Origin: Dehalococcoidia bacterium | Lineage (GTDB): Bacteria > Chloroflexota > Dehalococcoidia > UBA2979 | Length of the DNA: 64,000 nt | Reading direction: 5' to 3' | NCBI GenBank assembly: GCA_965262725.1 | Contig: OZ253555.1 | Span: 3,200,001 to 3,264,000 of the forward strand | Shown: positions 18,577 to 28,764 of the stretch, piece after piece | How positions within the stretch are numbered: the first letter of the stretch is position 1 | How the letters are laid out: each line of letters opens with the position of its first letter | Program-made: the position numbers and the translations under genes | The notes under the pieces: model-generated | Seen by the model: the letters and a program-made list of their open reading frames with translations, nothing else | What the model was told of the DNA's origin: nothing | Database searches by the model: none

Positions 18577-20322
18577 GTGAGCACGCCGGCCGCGGCCGTC
18601 GAGCGGCGCATCGTCCGGGGCTCCGGCGGCCGGCTCTGGCGGCTCCCCGACGCCGTCGATCTCTCGGCCCTCGACGGCGCGCCATGGCCGCGTCTGCTCT
18701 CGCGACTCCTCCTTGCACGGGGCATCCGCTCGATGGAGGAGGCGCGCGCGCTCCTCGACGCCCCGGCCGCGCCGGGGCGCCCGGCCGATCTCCCGCAGAT
18801 CGAGATCGCGGTCGCGCGTCTCGCCCGCGCCTGCGCGCGCGGCGAGCACGTCGCCGTCTTCGGCGACTTCGACGTCGACGGCGTCACGTCGACGGCGATC
18901 CTCGTCGAGGCTCTCTCCGCCCTCGGCGCGCGCCCCCTTCCCTACCTGCCGCACCGCATGCTCGAGGGGTACGGACCGAATGCCGCCGCAATCCGAGAGC
19001 TCGCGGAGCGTGGCGCCAGCCTGCTCGTGACGGCGGACTGCGGGACCTCGGCCGTCGAGGAGGTCGCTCAGGCAGGCGCGCTGGGCGTGGAGACCGTGAT
19101 CCTCGATCACCACGCGATTCCGCCCGAGCTCCCGGCGGCGCTCGCGATCGTCAACCCCCGGCTCGACGAGGCGTCCGAGGGGGCGGAGCCCGCCGCCTGC
19201 GGCATCGCCTACTCCGTCTCGCACCGCCTGCACGAGGAGCTCGGCGCCCCCTACGATCCAGAGCCGCACGCGGCGCTGGCGGCGCTCGGCACCATCTGCG
19301 ACCTCGCGCCCATGGTGGGCTGGAACCGCGATCTCGTGCGGTATGGGCTCGACGCGCTCAGCCGCAGCTCCCGGCCGGGACTCCGAGCGCTGGCGGAGAT
19401 CGCCGGCGGCTCGCTTGCGGACGCGAGCGCCGACCTCTGCGGCTGGGTGCTGGGACCCCGCATCAACGCAGCCGGGCGCATGGAGCACGCGCAGCTCGCC
19501 CTCGACCTGCTGCTCGCCCCGAGCGCCGCCGAGGCAGAGCCGCTCGCTCACCGGCTCGAGCAGCTCAACACCAGACGCCGCTCGGAGACGGAGGAGGCGC
19601 GTGCGCAGATCGCGGCGCTGCTCGGGGAAGGGGAGATCTCGGACCCCCTCCTGATCGCGGCCTCGCCGGCGATCGCGGCCGGCCTCGCCGGGCCTCTCGC
19701 CTCCCGCCTCGTCGACGAGTACGGGCGGCCGGCGATCGTGATCCACCTCTCCGACGGAACGGGGCGCGCCTCCTGCCGGTCGATTCCGGGTTTCGACATC
19801 ACAGAGCTGCTTCGCCGCCACGGCGAGCTCTTCCTGAGCTACGGCGGCCACCGCGCCGCCGCCGGCTTCTCCATCGACGAACGCCGACTGCCCGAGGCCA
19901 GGCGGCGGCTCCTCGCCGACGCCGCCGGGCACCTCGACGCCGAGCTGCTCACGCCCACCATCGACGTCGACGCCGGACTCCCGCTCGCCGACGCGAGCCG
20001 CGACCTGCTGGGCTGGCTGCGGCGGCTCGCGCCGCACGGGCCCGGGAACCCCGTCCCGACCTTCGTCGCGCCGCGGGTGCTCGTCGCGAGCGCGCGGAGC
20101 ATCGGGCGCGACGGTAGGCATCTCCGCTTCACCGCGCGCGCGGGAGGCGCCTCCTGGCGCGCCATCGCCTTCGGCAACGCCGAGCACATGGTTCCCTCGG
20201 GCGGCGTCGCCGACATCGTCTACCGCTTCCGCGAAGACCGCCGCGACGGGGATCTCGAACTCGAGGTGCTCGATCTCCGCCCAGCGCGGGGCCGCCCGGC
20301 GCAGCCGGGCGGGGGCGCGTAG
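18577..20322 (+). CDS. recJ: Single-stranded DNA exonuclease RecJ
   Basis: GDFDVDG, TADCG, DHH, GTICD, PRINAAGR, GGHRAAAG; start approximate. Confidence 0.93.
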   Translation: MSTPAAAVERRIVRGSGGRLWRLPDAVDLSALDGAPWPRLLSRLLLARGIRSMEEARALLDAPAAPGRPADLPQIEIAVARLARACARGEHVAVFGDFDVDGVTSTAILVEALSALGARPLPYLPHRMLEGYGPNAAAIRELAERGASLLVTADCGTSAVEEVAQAGALGVETVILDHHAIPPELPAALAIVNPRLDEASEGAEPAACGIAYSVSHRLHEELGAPYDPEPHAALAALGTICDLAPMVGWNRDLVRYGLDALSRSSRPGLRALAEIAGGSLADASADLCGWVLGPRINAAGRMEHAQLALDLLLAPSAAEAEPLAHRLEQLNTRRRSETEEARAQIAALLGEGEISDPLLIAASPAIAAGLAGPLASRLVDEYGRPAIVIHLSDGTGRASCRSIPGFDITELLRRHGELFLSYGGHRAAAGFSIDERRLPEARRRLLADAAGHLDAELLTPTIDVDAGLPLADASRDLLGWLRRLAPHGPGNPVPTFVAPRVLVASARSIGRDGRHLRFTARAGGASWRAIAFGNAEHMVPSGGVADIVYRFREDRRDGDLELEVLDLRPARGRPAQPGGGA

Positions 20323-20418
20323 CACCCGGCTGCTGTTGGGTCCGCAGGCGACCTTCCCCCCTTCGCGCCCCCAGCATGTGTACGATCGTGGTTCGCACGC
20401 GCGGAGAGGCGGGCCGCA

Positions 20419-22125
20419 GTGGCTGAGCGCGGCGCCGGTGACTTCACACTTGGGTTCGCCGGGCCCCGCGAGGAGGTCGAGTGGCAGCTCGACGCTCCGG
20501 ATCTGGGCGCCGTCGAACGCTGGCTGGAGGCGCTCGGGGGCCGTGCGCCGGGCGACCTCGAGATCGATCCTGCGCACACCTGGCTCATCGAGGACCTCTA
20601 CCTCGACACGGACGACGGGCGCCTCCGTCGCGCCGGCTACGCGCTCCGCGTGCGCCGCACCCGCGGGGAGGGTGCCCCGTCGCTCGAGGCGACGCTAAAA
20701 TCGCTCGGCTCCGGCGGCGCGGCTCCCGCCCGCCGGGAGGAGCTCACCGAACCGCTCCCCCGCGAGACGGGCGCGCCCGCCCGCCCCGTCGTCACGGCGA
20801 CCCTCGCTCACTCCCGCGGCCCCGTCGGAGCGCGCGTGCGCGCCCTCGCCGGCGCCCGGGCACTGGACGAGATCCTGCGGGTCGACACCGAGCGGATCAC
20901 GCGCGCGCTGCGGCTGGAGGGCGCCGCCGTTGCCGAGATCGCGGTCGATCGCAGCACTCTCGCGGCGCCAGGGAGGCCCGTGCGGCGCCTCGACCGCGTC
21001 GAGGTCGAGCTGGCGAACGGGGCCGGGATGGGATCCGCCCGGCACTTCGTCGACGCCCTGAGCGACGGCTGTTCCCTTCGGCCGGCGCGCGCCTCGAAGC
21101 TCGACTTCGGACTTGCCCCCGCTCACGCGGCCTCCGCCGTCGACACCGTGGGAGCGGACGGGGACCGGCAACGGCGGAGGCGTGCTCGCCGCCCGTGGCC
21201 CCCCACGGTCCGGCGCCGCGCACGCATGGCGGAGGTGGCCAGCGCCGCGCTCCGGGAGCCGCTCGCCATGCTCGCCGCGGCCGAGCCGGTCGCGCGCGAG
21301 GGCTCCGACCCGGAGGGCGTGCACCAGATGCGCGTCGCGACGCGCCGGCTTCAGGCTGCGCTCTCGCTCTACGCACCCACGCTGGGCCGGGACGCGGGCG
21401 CGCATCGTGCCGAGCTCCGGTGGCTCCGCGCCGAGCTCGGCGCCGTCCGGGACCTCGACACCTATCTCGAGCGCGTCGCGAGGGATCGAGCGGCCCGGGC
21501 GGAGGCGGGCGATGGCGCCCCCGAACTCGCGCCGCTCACGGATCTCCTGAGGCGGCGTCGCGACGAGGCACGCCTCCGGACCCTGCTCCCGGCGCTCGCC
21601 GGCGAGCGCTATCTTTCCCTCCTCGCCGGGATCGACTCTCTCGCGGGCGGGGGTCACGGCGCGGCGAGAGCGGAGGCGACGCGGCAGGCGTCGCCCGCGC
21701 TCCGGCCCGCCCTCAGAAAGCGCGGCCGATCGTTCAGGAAGGCGCTCAGGCGGGCGCGCCTCAACGGCGGCTCCGAGGAGCGCCACCGCGCGCGCATCCG
21801 GACGAAGCAGCTGCGCTACGCCCTCGAGTGCTCCGGCTCCATCTACGGACGCCGGGCGAGGAAGGCGCTCGACGCGCTCCGCGCGCTGCAGGAGTTGCTC
21901 GGAGCCGAGCGCGACGCCCTGCTCGCCGCCGAGGCGCTCACCTCGCTCGCTGCGGATCCGGCGGCGGCCGCGCTCCCGCGGGCCACACTTCACGCCATGA
22001 ACGAGGGCGTCGCGCGCGAGCGCGAGCGCGCTCAGGAGCTGCTCAGCGGACTCCCCCGCGCCGCGGCACGCGCCGGCAGGCGCTGGCGGCGCCTGCGACG
22101 CGCGCGGCTGCGCGAGCGCACCTGA
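20419..22125 (+). CDS. CYTH + CHAD domain protein
   Basis: N-terminal EVEWQL, DLYLDT..L...GYALRVR, EVEL (CYTH); VHQMRVATRRL, LGAVRDLD, HRARIRTKQLRYALE (CHAD). Confidence 0.87.
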   Translation: MAERGAGDFTLGFAGPREEVEWQLDAPDLGAVERWLEALGGRAPGDLEIDPAHTWLIEDLYLDTDDGRLRRAGYALRVRRTRGEGAPSLEATLKSLGSGGAAPARREELTEPLPRETGAPARPVVTATLAHSRGPVGARVRALAGARALDEILRVDTERITRALRLEGAAVAEIAVDRSTLAAPGRPVRRLDRVEVELANGAGMGSARHFVDALSDGCSLRPARASKLDFGLAPAHAASAVDTVGADGDRQRRRRARRPWPPTVRRRARMAEVASAALREPLAMLAAAEPVAREGSDPEGVHQMRVATRRLQAALSLYAPTLGRDAGAHRAELRWLRAELGAVRDLDTYLERVARDRAARAEAGDGAPELAPLTDLLRRRRDEARLRTLLPALAGERYLSLLAGIDSLAGGGHGAARAEATRQASPALRPALRKRGRSFRKALRRARLNGGSEERHRARIRTKQLRYALECSGSIYGRRARKALDALRALQELLGAERDALLAAEALTSLAADPAAAALPRATLHAMNEGVARERERAQELLSGLPRAAARAGRRWRRLRRARLRERT

Positions 22126-22191
22126 CGGTGATCGCGCCCCCTGGCCGCCCCGGGCCGCGCGTCCGACGCGGACGCGCCACCTCTAGACGCA

Positions 22192-22219
22192 GAGAGGCCC
22201 GGCATACGCCGGGCCTCTC
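22192..22219. terminator. Perfect 12-bp hairpin between convergent genes
   Basis: GAGAGGCCCGGC-ATAC-GCCGGGCCTCTC; no U-tract. Confidence 0.6.
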
Positions 22220-22296
22220 CGTTACACGCCGTCGCTGTCGTCGCGCGTGCCACCCACTCCCTCCTGCCGGGGGCAGGGTGACGTTCTCGGTGCGAG

Positions 22297-22626
<330 letters not shown>

Positions 22627-22776
22627 GTTCTCACACTTCCAGCCGGTTCATCCGGCATCACTCGCGCCGGGCTCGCGGCCCGACGACACACTTGCTCCTC
22701 AGAATCGACGCCGGACGGGCAGGAAATCGAGCCGGAGGCCATCTGAGGGACACCCAAGGCGGGCGTCATCCGTGAC

Positions 22777-22785
22777 ATGATAACA
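22777..22785 (-). promoter_or_regulatory. Extended -10 element for the RRM gene
   Basis: TG-T-TATCAT on the minus strand about 150 nt upstream of the GTG. Confidence 0.5.
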
Positions 22786-22817
22786 CGGCGGTCTCGCGGC
22801 GGAGAGCATCGACGCCG

Positions 22818-24104
22818 TCAGATGAAACGCGAGAGGAGCGTGGCGAGCCCCAGGAACGTGAGGAAGCCGACCACGTCGGTCACCGTCGTGAGCACGATCG
22901 ACGAGGATTGGGCGGGATCCTGCCCGAGCGCCTGCAACGAGATGGGGATAAAGGTCCCCGCCAGACCGGCTACGGGCATCGCCATGATCATCGACATCGC
23001 GATGATCACCGCGAGCCCGAGAGATCCCGACCAGAGGTAGACCCCCAGACTTGCCACGAGAGCGATCGACGCGCCGCTTAGGAACCCGACGCCCACCTCC
23101 TTGAGGGCGACGCTCCGCCACTGCGACACGCGGAACTCCCGCAGCGCGAGGCCGCGCATCGCGACGGCGAGCGTCTGAGCTCCGCTGTTGCCCGCCTGTC
23201 CCGCGACGACCGGCAGCAGCACCGCCAGCGCCGTGAGGCGGGCGATCGTGTCCTCGAAGATCCCGACCACGGACGCCGCGACGAACGCAGTCAGGAGGTT
23301 GACGTAGAGCCAGGGGAGTCTCTTCCGGACTGCCAGCAGCGGCGGCGAGAGGGCGCGCTCATCGCTCCCGGCGCCGACCATCTTCTGGATATCGGCGGTT
23401 GCGGCTCGCTCGGCGGCCTCCACGACTTCGGGAGAGCGTATGACGCCGATCATGCGCCCGTCGAAATCGAGCACCGGCAGACTGTGCCCGGCCAGCTCGG
23501 TGAGCCGTTCGCCGACCTCGTCGACGGGCGCGGTCGCCTCTATGGACCGCACGGCGCGAAGCGGCAGGTCGCCGAGCTGACGCTCCCGGGATGCCAGCGC
23601 GAGTTCCTCGACGGAGACCGCGCCGAGCAATCGCCCGGCACTGTCGATCACGAAGACGTCGCGCGTGCGCCCGGCACGCGCTCGCACCTCGGAGAGCGCG
23701 ACACGAGCGCGCGTCGCCCGCGGGAAGGCGACGACTCTGGTATCCATCACCGAACCGGCTTGGGTCGGCGGATAGCGCAAGATCGCCCGCACCTCCGCCG
23801 CGAGTGGGCCGTCCAGGAGGTCGATGCGCGATTCCCGGGAGGCCCCGTCGAGCCCGCCGAGCAGGCGGGCCGCCCGGGTGGGACTCAGGGCGCGGGCAAA
23901 CTCGCGAAAGGCATCGTCCCCCAGCTCCTCCACGACGTGGGCGGCGGACGAGGGCGCCATCGCCATCACGGTCTCCAGCGCGAGCGCCGGCTCCTCCGCG
24001 CCGACGCAGGCGGCCGCTTCGCCGGGGTCGGCGTCGTCGAGGATGGCGGCGGCCTCGTTCGGGTAGCGCCCGAAGAGCTCCGTCCGGAGCGCGCCCGCCA
24101 GCAC
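22818..24104 (-). CDS. mgtE: MgtE-type magnesium transporter
   Basis: MgtE N-domain, CBS pair, RLPWLYVN, PVVAGQAGNSGAQ, DPAQSS..TTVTDVVG; start approximate. Confidence 0.9.
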   Translation of the reverse strand: MLAGALRTELFGRYPNEAAAILDDADPGEAAACVGAEEPALALETVMAMAPSSAAHVVEELGDDAFREFARALSPTRAARLLGGLDGASRESRIDLLDGPLAAEVRAILRYPPTQAGSVMDTRVVAFPRATRARVALSEVRARAGRTRDVFVIDSAGRLLGAVSVEELALASRERQLGDLPLRAVRSIEATAPVDEVGERLTELAGHSLPVLDFDGRMIGVIRSPEVVEAAERAATADIQKMVGAGSDERALSPPLLAVRKRLPWLYVNLLTAFVAASVVGIFEDTIARLTALAVLLPVVAGQAGNSGAQTLAVAMRGLALREFRVSQWRSVALKEVGVGFLSGASIALVASLGVYLWSGSLGLAVIIAMSMIMAMPVAGLAGTFIPISLQALGQDPAQSSSIVLTTVTDVVGFLTFLGLATLLSRFI

Positions 24105-24988
24105 GGCACGGTCAGCTCCCGTGACGGCCCGCCCCGCCGCCCCGAATCGTTCCTCGGCCCCACGACCGCGCCAAGGCCCCAAAGCGCCCCCTCGAGTCCG
24201 TGCCAGTAGAGCTCGCCGAGCATCACCGCCGTCGAGACGAGATCGCCGCCACCGACACGCGGACGCCGGAGCAGCCGGAGCTCCGCTGACGACACGGAGC
24301 CGATGAGGAGACCGTCCGCGTCGACGACGGGGAGCGCGTGGAGCGCCTGCCACGCGGGATGCGCGACGATCGCGCGCGGCCCGGCGCACGCGTGAATCGC
24401 CGCGGCCGGACGGATCACGACCTCTGCGAGCCGGCTCGCAGGGTCCAGGCGCAGGAGCTCCGCCGTCGCGACCTGCCCGATGAAGGTCGCGGGGCGCTCC
24501 ACGACGAACACGTACTCGGGAGTGGCGCCACTTCCGGCCCGGACCGCCGCGATCGCCTCAGCCACCGTCGCCCCCGCAGCGAGCGCGAACACGCGCGGGT
24601 CGGCGAGGGCGCCGGCGCTCCCGGCCGGCCGCGCGATAAGGGCCTCGACCAGGCGCCGCGTCTCCGCGTTGACGCGCTCGATCAGGCTCGCGCGCTCGTC
24701 CTCGCCGAGCACCGCCAACATCGGCGCGGCCGCGGAGGGCGGCTGCGCCCCCACGAGATCCGCAGCCGCGTCTGCGTCCGTCGCGGCGACCGCGGCGAGT
24801 AGAGCCCCCGCGGCCGGCACCGTCATCGAGGCGAGGATCGGCGCCGCCTCCCCGGGCGGTAGCTCGCCGATGAAGCGGGCGCCCTCGGCAGCGGTGAAGC
24901 GCTCCACCACGCCGGCAGCGTCCGAGGGATGGCGGGTGACGATCTGCCGGATCAGCCTGCGACCCACCTCGCCCATCGATGCGGTCAT
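23966..24988 (-). CDS. MgtE N-domain/CBS protein lacking the transporter domain
   Basis: Helical N-terminus, AGALAD, YVFVV and ALPVVDADG CBS motifs; 3' end overlaps mgtE. Confidence 0.7.
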   Translation of the reverse strand: MTASMGEVGRRLIRQIVTRHPSDAAGVVERFTAAEGARFIGELPPGEAAPILASMTVPAAGALLAAVAATDADAAADLVGAQPPSAAAPMLAVLGEDERASLIERVNAETRRLVEALIARPAGSAGALADPRVFALAAGATVAEAIAAVRAGSGATPEYVFVVERPATFIGQVATAELLRLDPASRLAEVVIRPAAAIHACAGPRAIVAHPAWQALHALPVVDADGLLIGSVSSAELRLLRRPRVGGGDLVSTAVMLGELYWHGLEGALWGLGAVVGPRNDSGRRGGPSRELTVPCWRARSGRSSSGATRTRPPPSSTTPTPAKRPPASARRSRRSRWRP

Positions 24989-25773
24989 CCCTCGATCAGG
25001 GTGGAGATCTGCTCGCTGAACTCCTTCGCCGGGATGTGGGCCCGGCCGCCCGCCGTCTCAAGGGTCACGGCGGTCGGACCGATCTCCGCGATCCGCCCCT
25101 CGTGATCCCCGACGCCCACGCGCTGCCCCACCTCGTAGGTGCGGGCGAGGTAATGCGTGGCGATGATGTTGCTGACCGCCGTCCGCGCCCCGAGCCCGAA
25201 GGCGAGCGCGGCGCCCCCGAGGCTCGCCGCGAGGGCGATCGAGACCGCGATCACGAGGAACGAGACCTCAATGCCGAGCTGGTCGACCGCGACGACCGCC
25301 GAGACGCCGATCACTCCCAGCTGCACCATGCGCCCGAACGGCGCGGCGTATTCGAGCCCGGCCGTCGACGCCCCCTGCGCGACGGCGATCCCGAACACGC
25401 TTCCGGCGAGCAGGCCGAGGACCATGACGAGAGCGGCGGCGAAGACCTGCGGGAGGTAGCCTGCGAGCCCAAGTACCCACGTGGAGACCACCGGGAGCTC
25501 AAGGGTCTCGGTCGCAGCCGCGACGAAGACGAGGAAGACCAGCACGAAGAGGGAGCGGCCGAAGAGCAAGAGCGAAGTCTCGTCCAGATGGGCCCGCTCG
25601 AACTGGGATTGGAACTCCCCGCCCACGAACGACACCGCTCCGCCCGAGAGACGATCGCTCCAGACGCGGAGGAGGCGCACGCCGACCCAGCGGACGACCC
25701 AGCCGACCACGGCGCCTGCCACGACGAGCCCCCCGGCGCCCAAGACGCGCAGGAACCACCCGGAGCTGACCAC
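24985..25773 (-). CDS. MscS/CmpX-like small-conductance mechanosensitive channel protein
   Basis: Several TM helices, YLPQVFAA, ALAFGLGAR..VSNIIA, YEVGQRV, GRIAEIG; start uncertain. Confidence 0.78.
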   Translation of the reverse strand: MVSSGWFLRVLGAGGLVVAGAVVGWVVRWVGVRLLRVWSDRLSGGAVSFVGGEFQSQFERAHLDETSLLLFGRSLFVLVFLVFVAAATETLELPVVSTWVLGLAGYLPQVFAAALVMVLGLLAGSVFGIAVAQGASTAGLEYAAPFGRMVQLGVIGVSAVVAVDQLGIEVSFLVIAVSIALAASLGGAALAFGLGARTAVSNIIATHYLARTYEVGQRVGVGDHEGRIAEIGPTAVTLETAGGRAHIPAKEFSEQISTLIEG

Positions 25774-25943
25774 GCGGCACAAACCGGTGGAGGGCCGTGA
25801 CGGTTGCCGGCCCGCGCGCATCGGGAGAGCCGGGGTGTCGCCGGGGGGAGCCGCCGGGCCATACTCGTCACCGTCGGGCCGCGAACCGGGGACGCAGTGC
25901 ACCTCGGCGCCCCCGGGGATCCGGGGCACGGACGGAGAAGGCT

Positions 25944-26642
25944 GTGGGCGCGCTCATCGACCTGAGCCACCCGATCGAGGGGGGGATGGAGACCTACCCC
26001 GGCCTGCCCCCTCCCGAGGTAAGCGAACACGTCACCCGCGCCGCCTCGCGGGCACACTACGCACCGGGCACCGAGTTCTCGGTGGGCCGTATCGAGATGG
26101 TGGGGAATACCGGTACGTACGTCGATGCGCCCTTCCACCGCCTCGAGGCTGGCGCCGATCTCGCGGACCTGCCGCTCGCCTCGCTCGTCGACCTGCCGGG
26201 CATCGTCCTGCGACTGGCCTCGCGCGCCGGCCGGCTGATCGACGGCGCGGCGGTGGGCGCAGCGCTCTCCGGCCGCGACGCCGCCGGGCACGCGGTGCTG
26301 CTGCACACGGGCTGGTCGACGCTGTGGGGGAGCAACGCCTACCTCGACGCGACCCGCCACCCCTGCCTCTCGCGCGAGGCCGCCGCGCGGCTCGTCGAGG
26401 CGGGAGCCGCGCTCGTCGGCATCGACTCGCTCAACATCGACGACGCGGCCGACGCCGAGCGGCCCGCGCACACCATCCTGCTCGGCGCCGGAATCCCGAT
26501 CGTCGAACACCTCTGCGACCTCGACTTGCTCCCGGAGCAGGGCTTTCGCTTCAGCGCCGCCCCCGCACCGGTGCGCCGGATGGGAAGCTTCCCGGTGCGC
26601 GCCTACGCCCGTCTGTCGGCCGACGCCGCCCGCGACGGGTGA
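25944..26642 (+). CDS. Cyclase (kynurenine formamidase-like) family protein
   Basis: IDLSHPI, GTYVDAPFH, VLLHTGW, VGIDS, HTILL..IVEHL, SFPVRA. Confidence 0.87.
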   Translation: MGALIDLSHPIEGGMETYPGLPPPEVSEHVTRAASRAHYAPGTEFSVGRIEMVGNTGTYVDAPFHRLEAGADLADLPLASLVDLPGIVLRLASRAGRLIDGAAVGAALSGRDAAGHAVLLHTGWSTLWGSNAYLDATRHPCLSREAAARLVEAGAALVGIDSLNIDDAADAERPAHTILLGAGIPIVEHLCDLDLLPEQGFRFSAAPAPVRRMGSFPVRAYARLSADAARDG

Positions 26643-26710
26643 GGAGCGAGCGCGCCGTCCACCCGATCCGCTTGCTGCGGCGGGCCGCCTGGGCACAGAC
26701 TGTCGCCACG

Positions 26711-27415
26711 ATGTCCGTGGTGCTTGTCGTCGAGGATGACCCGGCCACGCGCGAGGCGATCACCTACAACCTCGAGCGGGATGGCCATCGGATCCTGACC
26801 GCCGAGGACGGTATGGCAGGGCTCGCCGCGGCGCGGGAGCAGCGCCCCGACCTCCTGCTCATCGACATCATGCTGCCCCGGCTCTCGGGCCTCGATGTCT
26901 GCCGCATGCTCCGAGCCGAGCAGTCCGTCCCCATCCTCCTGCTCACGGCGCGCGCCGCCGAGGCCGACATCGTGACCGGCCTAGACCTGGGCGCGGACGA
27001 CTACATCACGAAGCCCTTCTCCATGCGCGAGCTGCGGGCGCGCGTCGCAGCGGCGCTGCGGCGCGCCCGCAGCTTGCGCACCGAGCGCGCGGAAGGCGCG
27101 GCGCCGGAGCGCGAGGGGACGCTCAGGGTGGGCGGCGTCGATCTCGACCTCGATCGGCGCACCGTGAGCTGCGAGGGTCGCGACGTCAGGCTCCGCCCGC
27201 GCGAGTTCGACCTCCTCGCCTACCTGATGCGGAACCGCGGGCGCGTCCTCTCGCGGGAGCAAATCCTGGGCGGGGTCTGGGGGGATGCGTACCGCGGCGG
27301 CACACGCACGGTCGACGTGCACATCCGCTGGTTGCGAGAGAAGCTGGAGGAGGACCCCGCTCGGCCCCGGCGCATCCGCACCGCTCGGGGCGTCGGCTAC
27401 GAATTCGCGACGTGA
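26711..27415 (+). CDS. phoB: OmpR/PhoB family response regulator
   Basis: VVEDD, DIMLP, GADDYITKPF, winged helix RTVDVHIRWLREKLE; adjacent to pst genes. Confidence 0.88.
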   Translation: MSVVLVVEDDPATREAITYNLERDGHRILTAEDGMAGLAAAREQRPDLLLIDIMLPRLSGLDVCRMLRAEQSVPILLLTARAAEADIVTGLDLGADDYITKPFSMRELRARVAAALRRARSLRTERAEGAAPEREGTLRVGGVDLDLDRRTVSCEGRDVRLRPREFDLLAYLMRNRGRVLSREQILGGVWGDAYRGGTRTVDVHIRWLREKLEEDPARPRRIRTARGVGYEFAT

Positions 27416-28650
27416 GCCGCCCGCGCACCGCGCTGTTCGCCGCGACGGCGGCGGCCGTCCTGCTGGCGATCGCCGGCGTGCCGGCGATTGCGCTGCTCGC
27501 GGCGCTCGCGACGGCCGCCCTCGTCGTGGACGGACTCGCGCAGCGGGAGCGGGAGCAGGAGCGCCCGGCTGTCCAGAACGCCGATCCGTCGCCCGGCGCG
27601 GTGCCGGCGGACGTCGCAACGCTCATGGAGGCGCTCCCGCACGCCGTGCTGCTGCTCGACTCCGAGCAGCGCGTGCTCGCCGCGAACCCAGCGGCCGAAG
27701 AGATCGCCGGCAGGATGCGAGAGGATCTGGTCGGGCTCTCCCTGATACGCGCGCTGCGCCATCACGCGTTGGCCGAGCTCGCCCGCGCGCCCGGGGAGGC
27801 CGCCTCGGAGGCCGAGTTCGAGGGCGGGCGCCGCGTGCGCGCGACCGCCGCGTTCGTCGAGGCGGGATCCGTCAGGTGCGTCCTCGTGCTCGAGGACGTG
27901 ACCGCGCTCCACCACGCGCGACGGGCGCGAACGGAGCTCGTCGGGAACGTCTCCCACGAGCTACGCACCCCGCTCACCGCCGCGCGCGCCCTCGCCGAGA
28001 CGCTCGAGCTCGACCTGGCCGAGCGAGAGGGCGGCGGGGGGCGCCGCGACGTTCGATTCGCGACGCAGCTGGTGAAGGAGATCGACCGCCTCGGCCGGAT
28101 CGTCGACCGCCTGCTGCAGCTGTCGCAGCTCGAAGCGGCGGAGGAGTCCTTCGAGGTGACGCCGCTCGCCACGGAACCCCTGCTTCAGGACGCCGCGGCG
28201 CGCATCGGCCCGCTCGCGGCCGCGCGCCGCGTGCGCGTGGAGGTCGTCGGCAACGCCCCGGCGCTCCGCGCCGACCGCGAGCGCCTGCTGGAGGTGCTCT
28301 CCAACCTGCTCGACAACGCCCTGCGGGCGAGCCCGTCGGACGGCGTGGTCACGCTCTGCGCCCTCGGCGACGGCGACGACGTGCGCATCGAGGTCACGGA
28401 CGAGGGGACCGGCATCCTCCCCTCGGAGCGCGAGCGCATATTCGAGCGCTTCTACACCGGCGACGCCGCGCGCACCGCGGGGGTCGCGGGGACCGGGCTC
28501 GGTCTCGCGATCGCACGCCACATCGTGCGGCGTCTCGGCGGCCGCATCTGGGTCGCCGACCGGGGACCCGGCGCCACGCTCTGCGTCTCGCTCCCCCGTG
28601 CCGAGGCAGGACCGCCGCGCGGCGCGGACACCTCGGGCGCCGCGCCTTAA
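27412..28650 (+). CDS. phoR: PhoR-like sensor histidine kinase
   Basis: PAS region, NVSHELRTPL, NLLDNA, DEGTGI, IFERFY, GTGLGLAI. Confidence 0.88.
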   Translation: MSRPRTALFAATAAAVLLAIAGVPAIALLAALATAALVVDGLAQREREQERPAVQNADPSPGAVPADVATLMEALPHAVLLLDSEQRVLAANPAAEEIAGRMREDLVGLSLIRALRHHALAELARAPGEAASEAEFEGGRRVRATAAFVEAGSVRCVLVLEDVTALHHARRARTELVGNVSHELRTPLTAARALAETLELDLAEREGGGGRRDVRFATQLVKEIDRLGRIVDRLLQLSQLEAAEESFEVTPLATEPLLQDAAARIGPLAAARRVRVEVVGNAPALRADRERLLEVLSNLLDNALRASPSDGVVTLCALGDGDDVRIEVTDEGTGILPSERERIFERFYTGDAARTAGVAGTGLGLAIARHIVRRLGGRIWVADRGPGATLCVSLPRAEAGPPRGADTSGAAP

Positions 28651-28675
28651 CGAGAGTTTAACGTTGCGCTGACAG
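28646..28675 (+). promoter_or_regulatory. Pho box (11-bp-period direct repeats) upstream of pstC
   Basis: TTAAC 28647, TTAAC 28658, CTGAC 28669: exact 11-bp spacing in an AT-rich patch. Confidence 0.7.
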
Positions 28676-28764
28676 CCTCCGAGGGTCGGCGGCGGCCCCG
28701 CCGAATTCCCACGGCGTGCGCGGGGCCGCGATCCACCTCGAGGGCGGTCGGCGAGGAGGCACGG

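Noticed and set aside
25481-26710. Long N-terminal extension on the response regulator ORF (644 aa)
   Set aside because: Overlaps the cyclase and MscS genes; the receiver domain begins at ATG 26711
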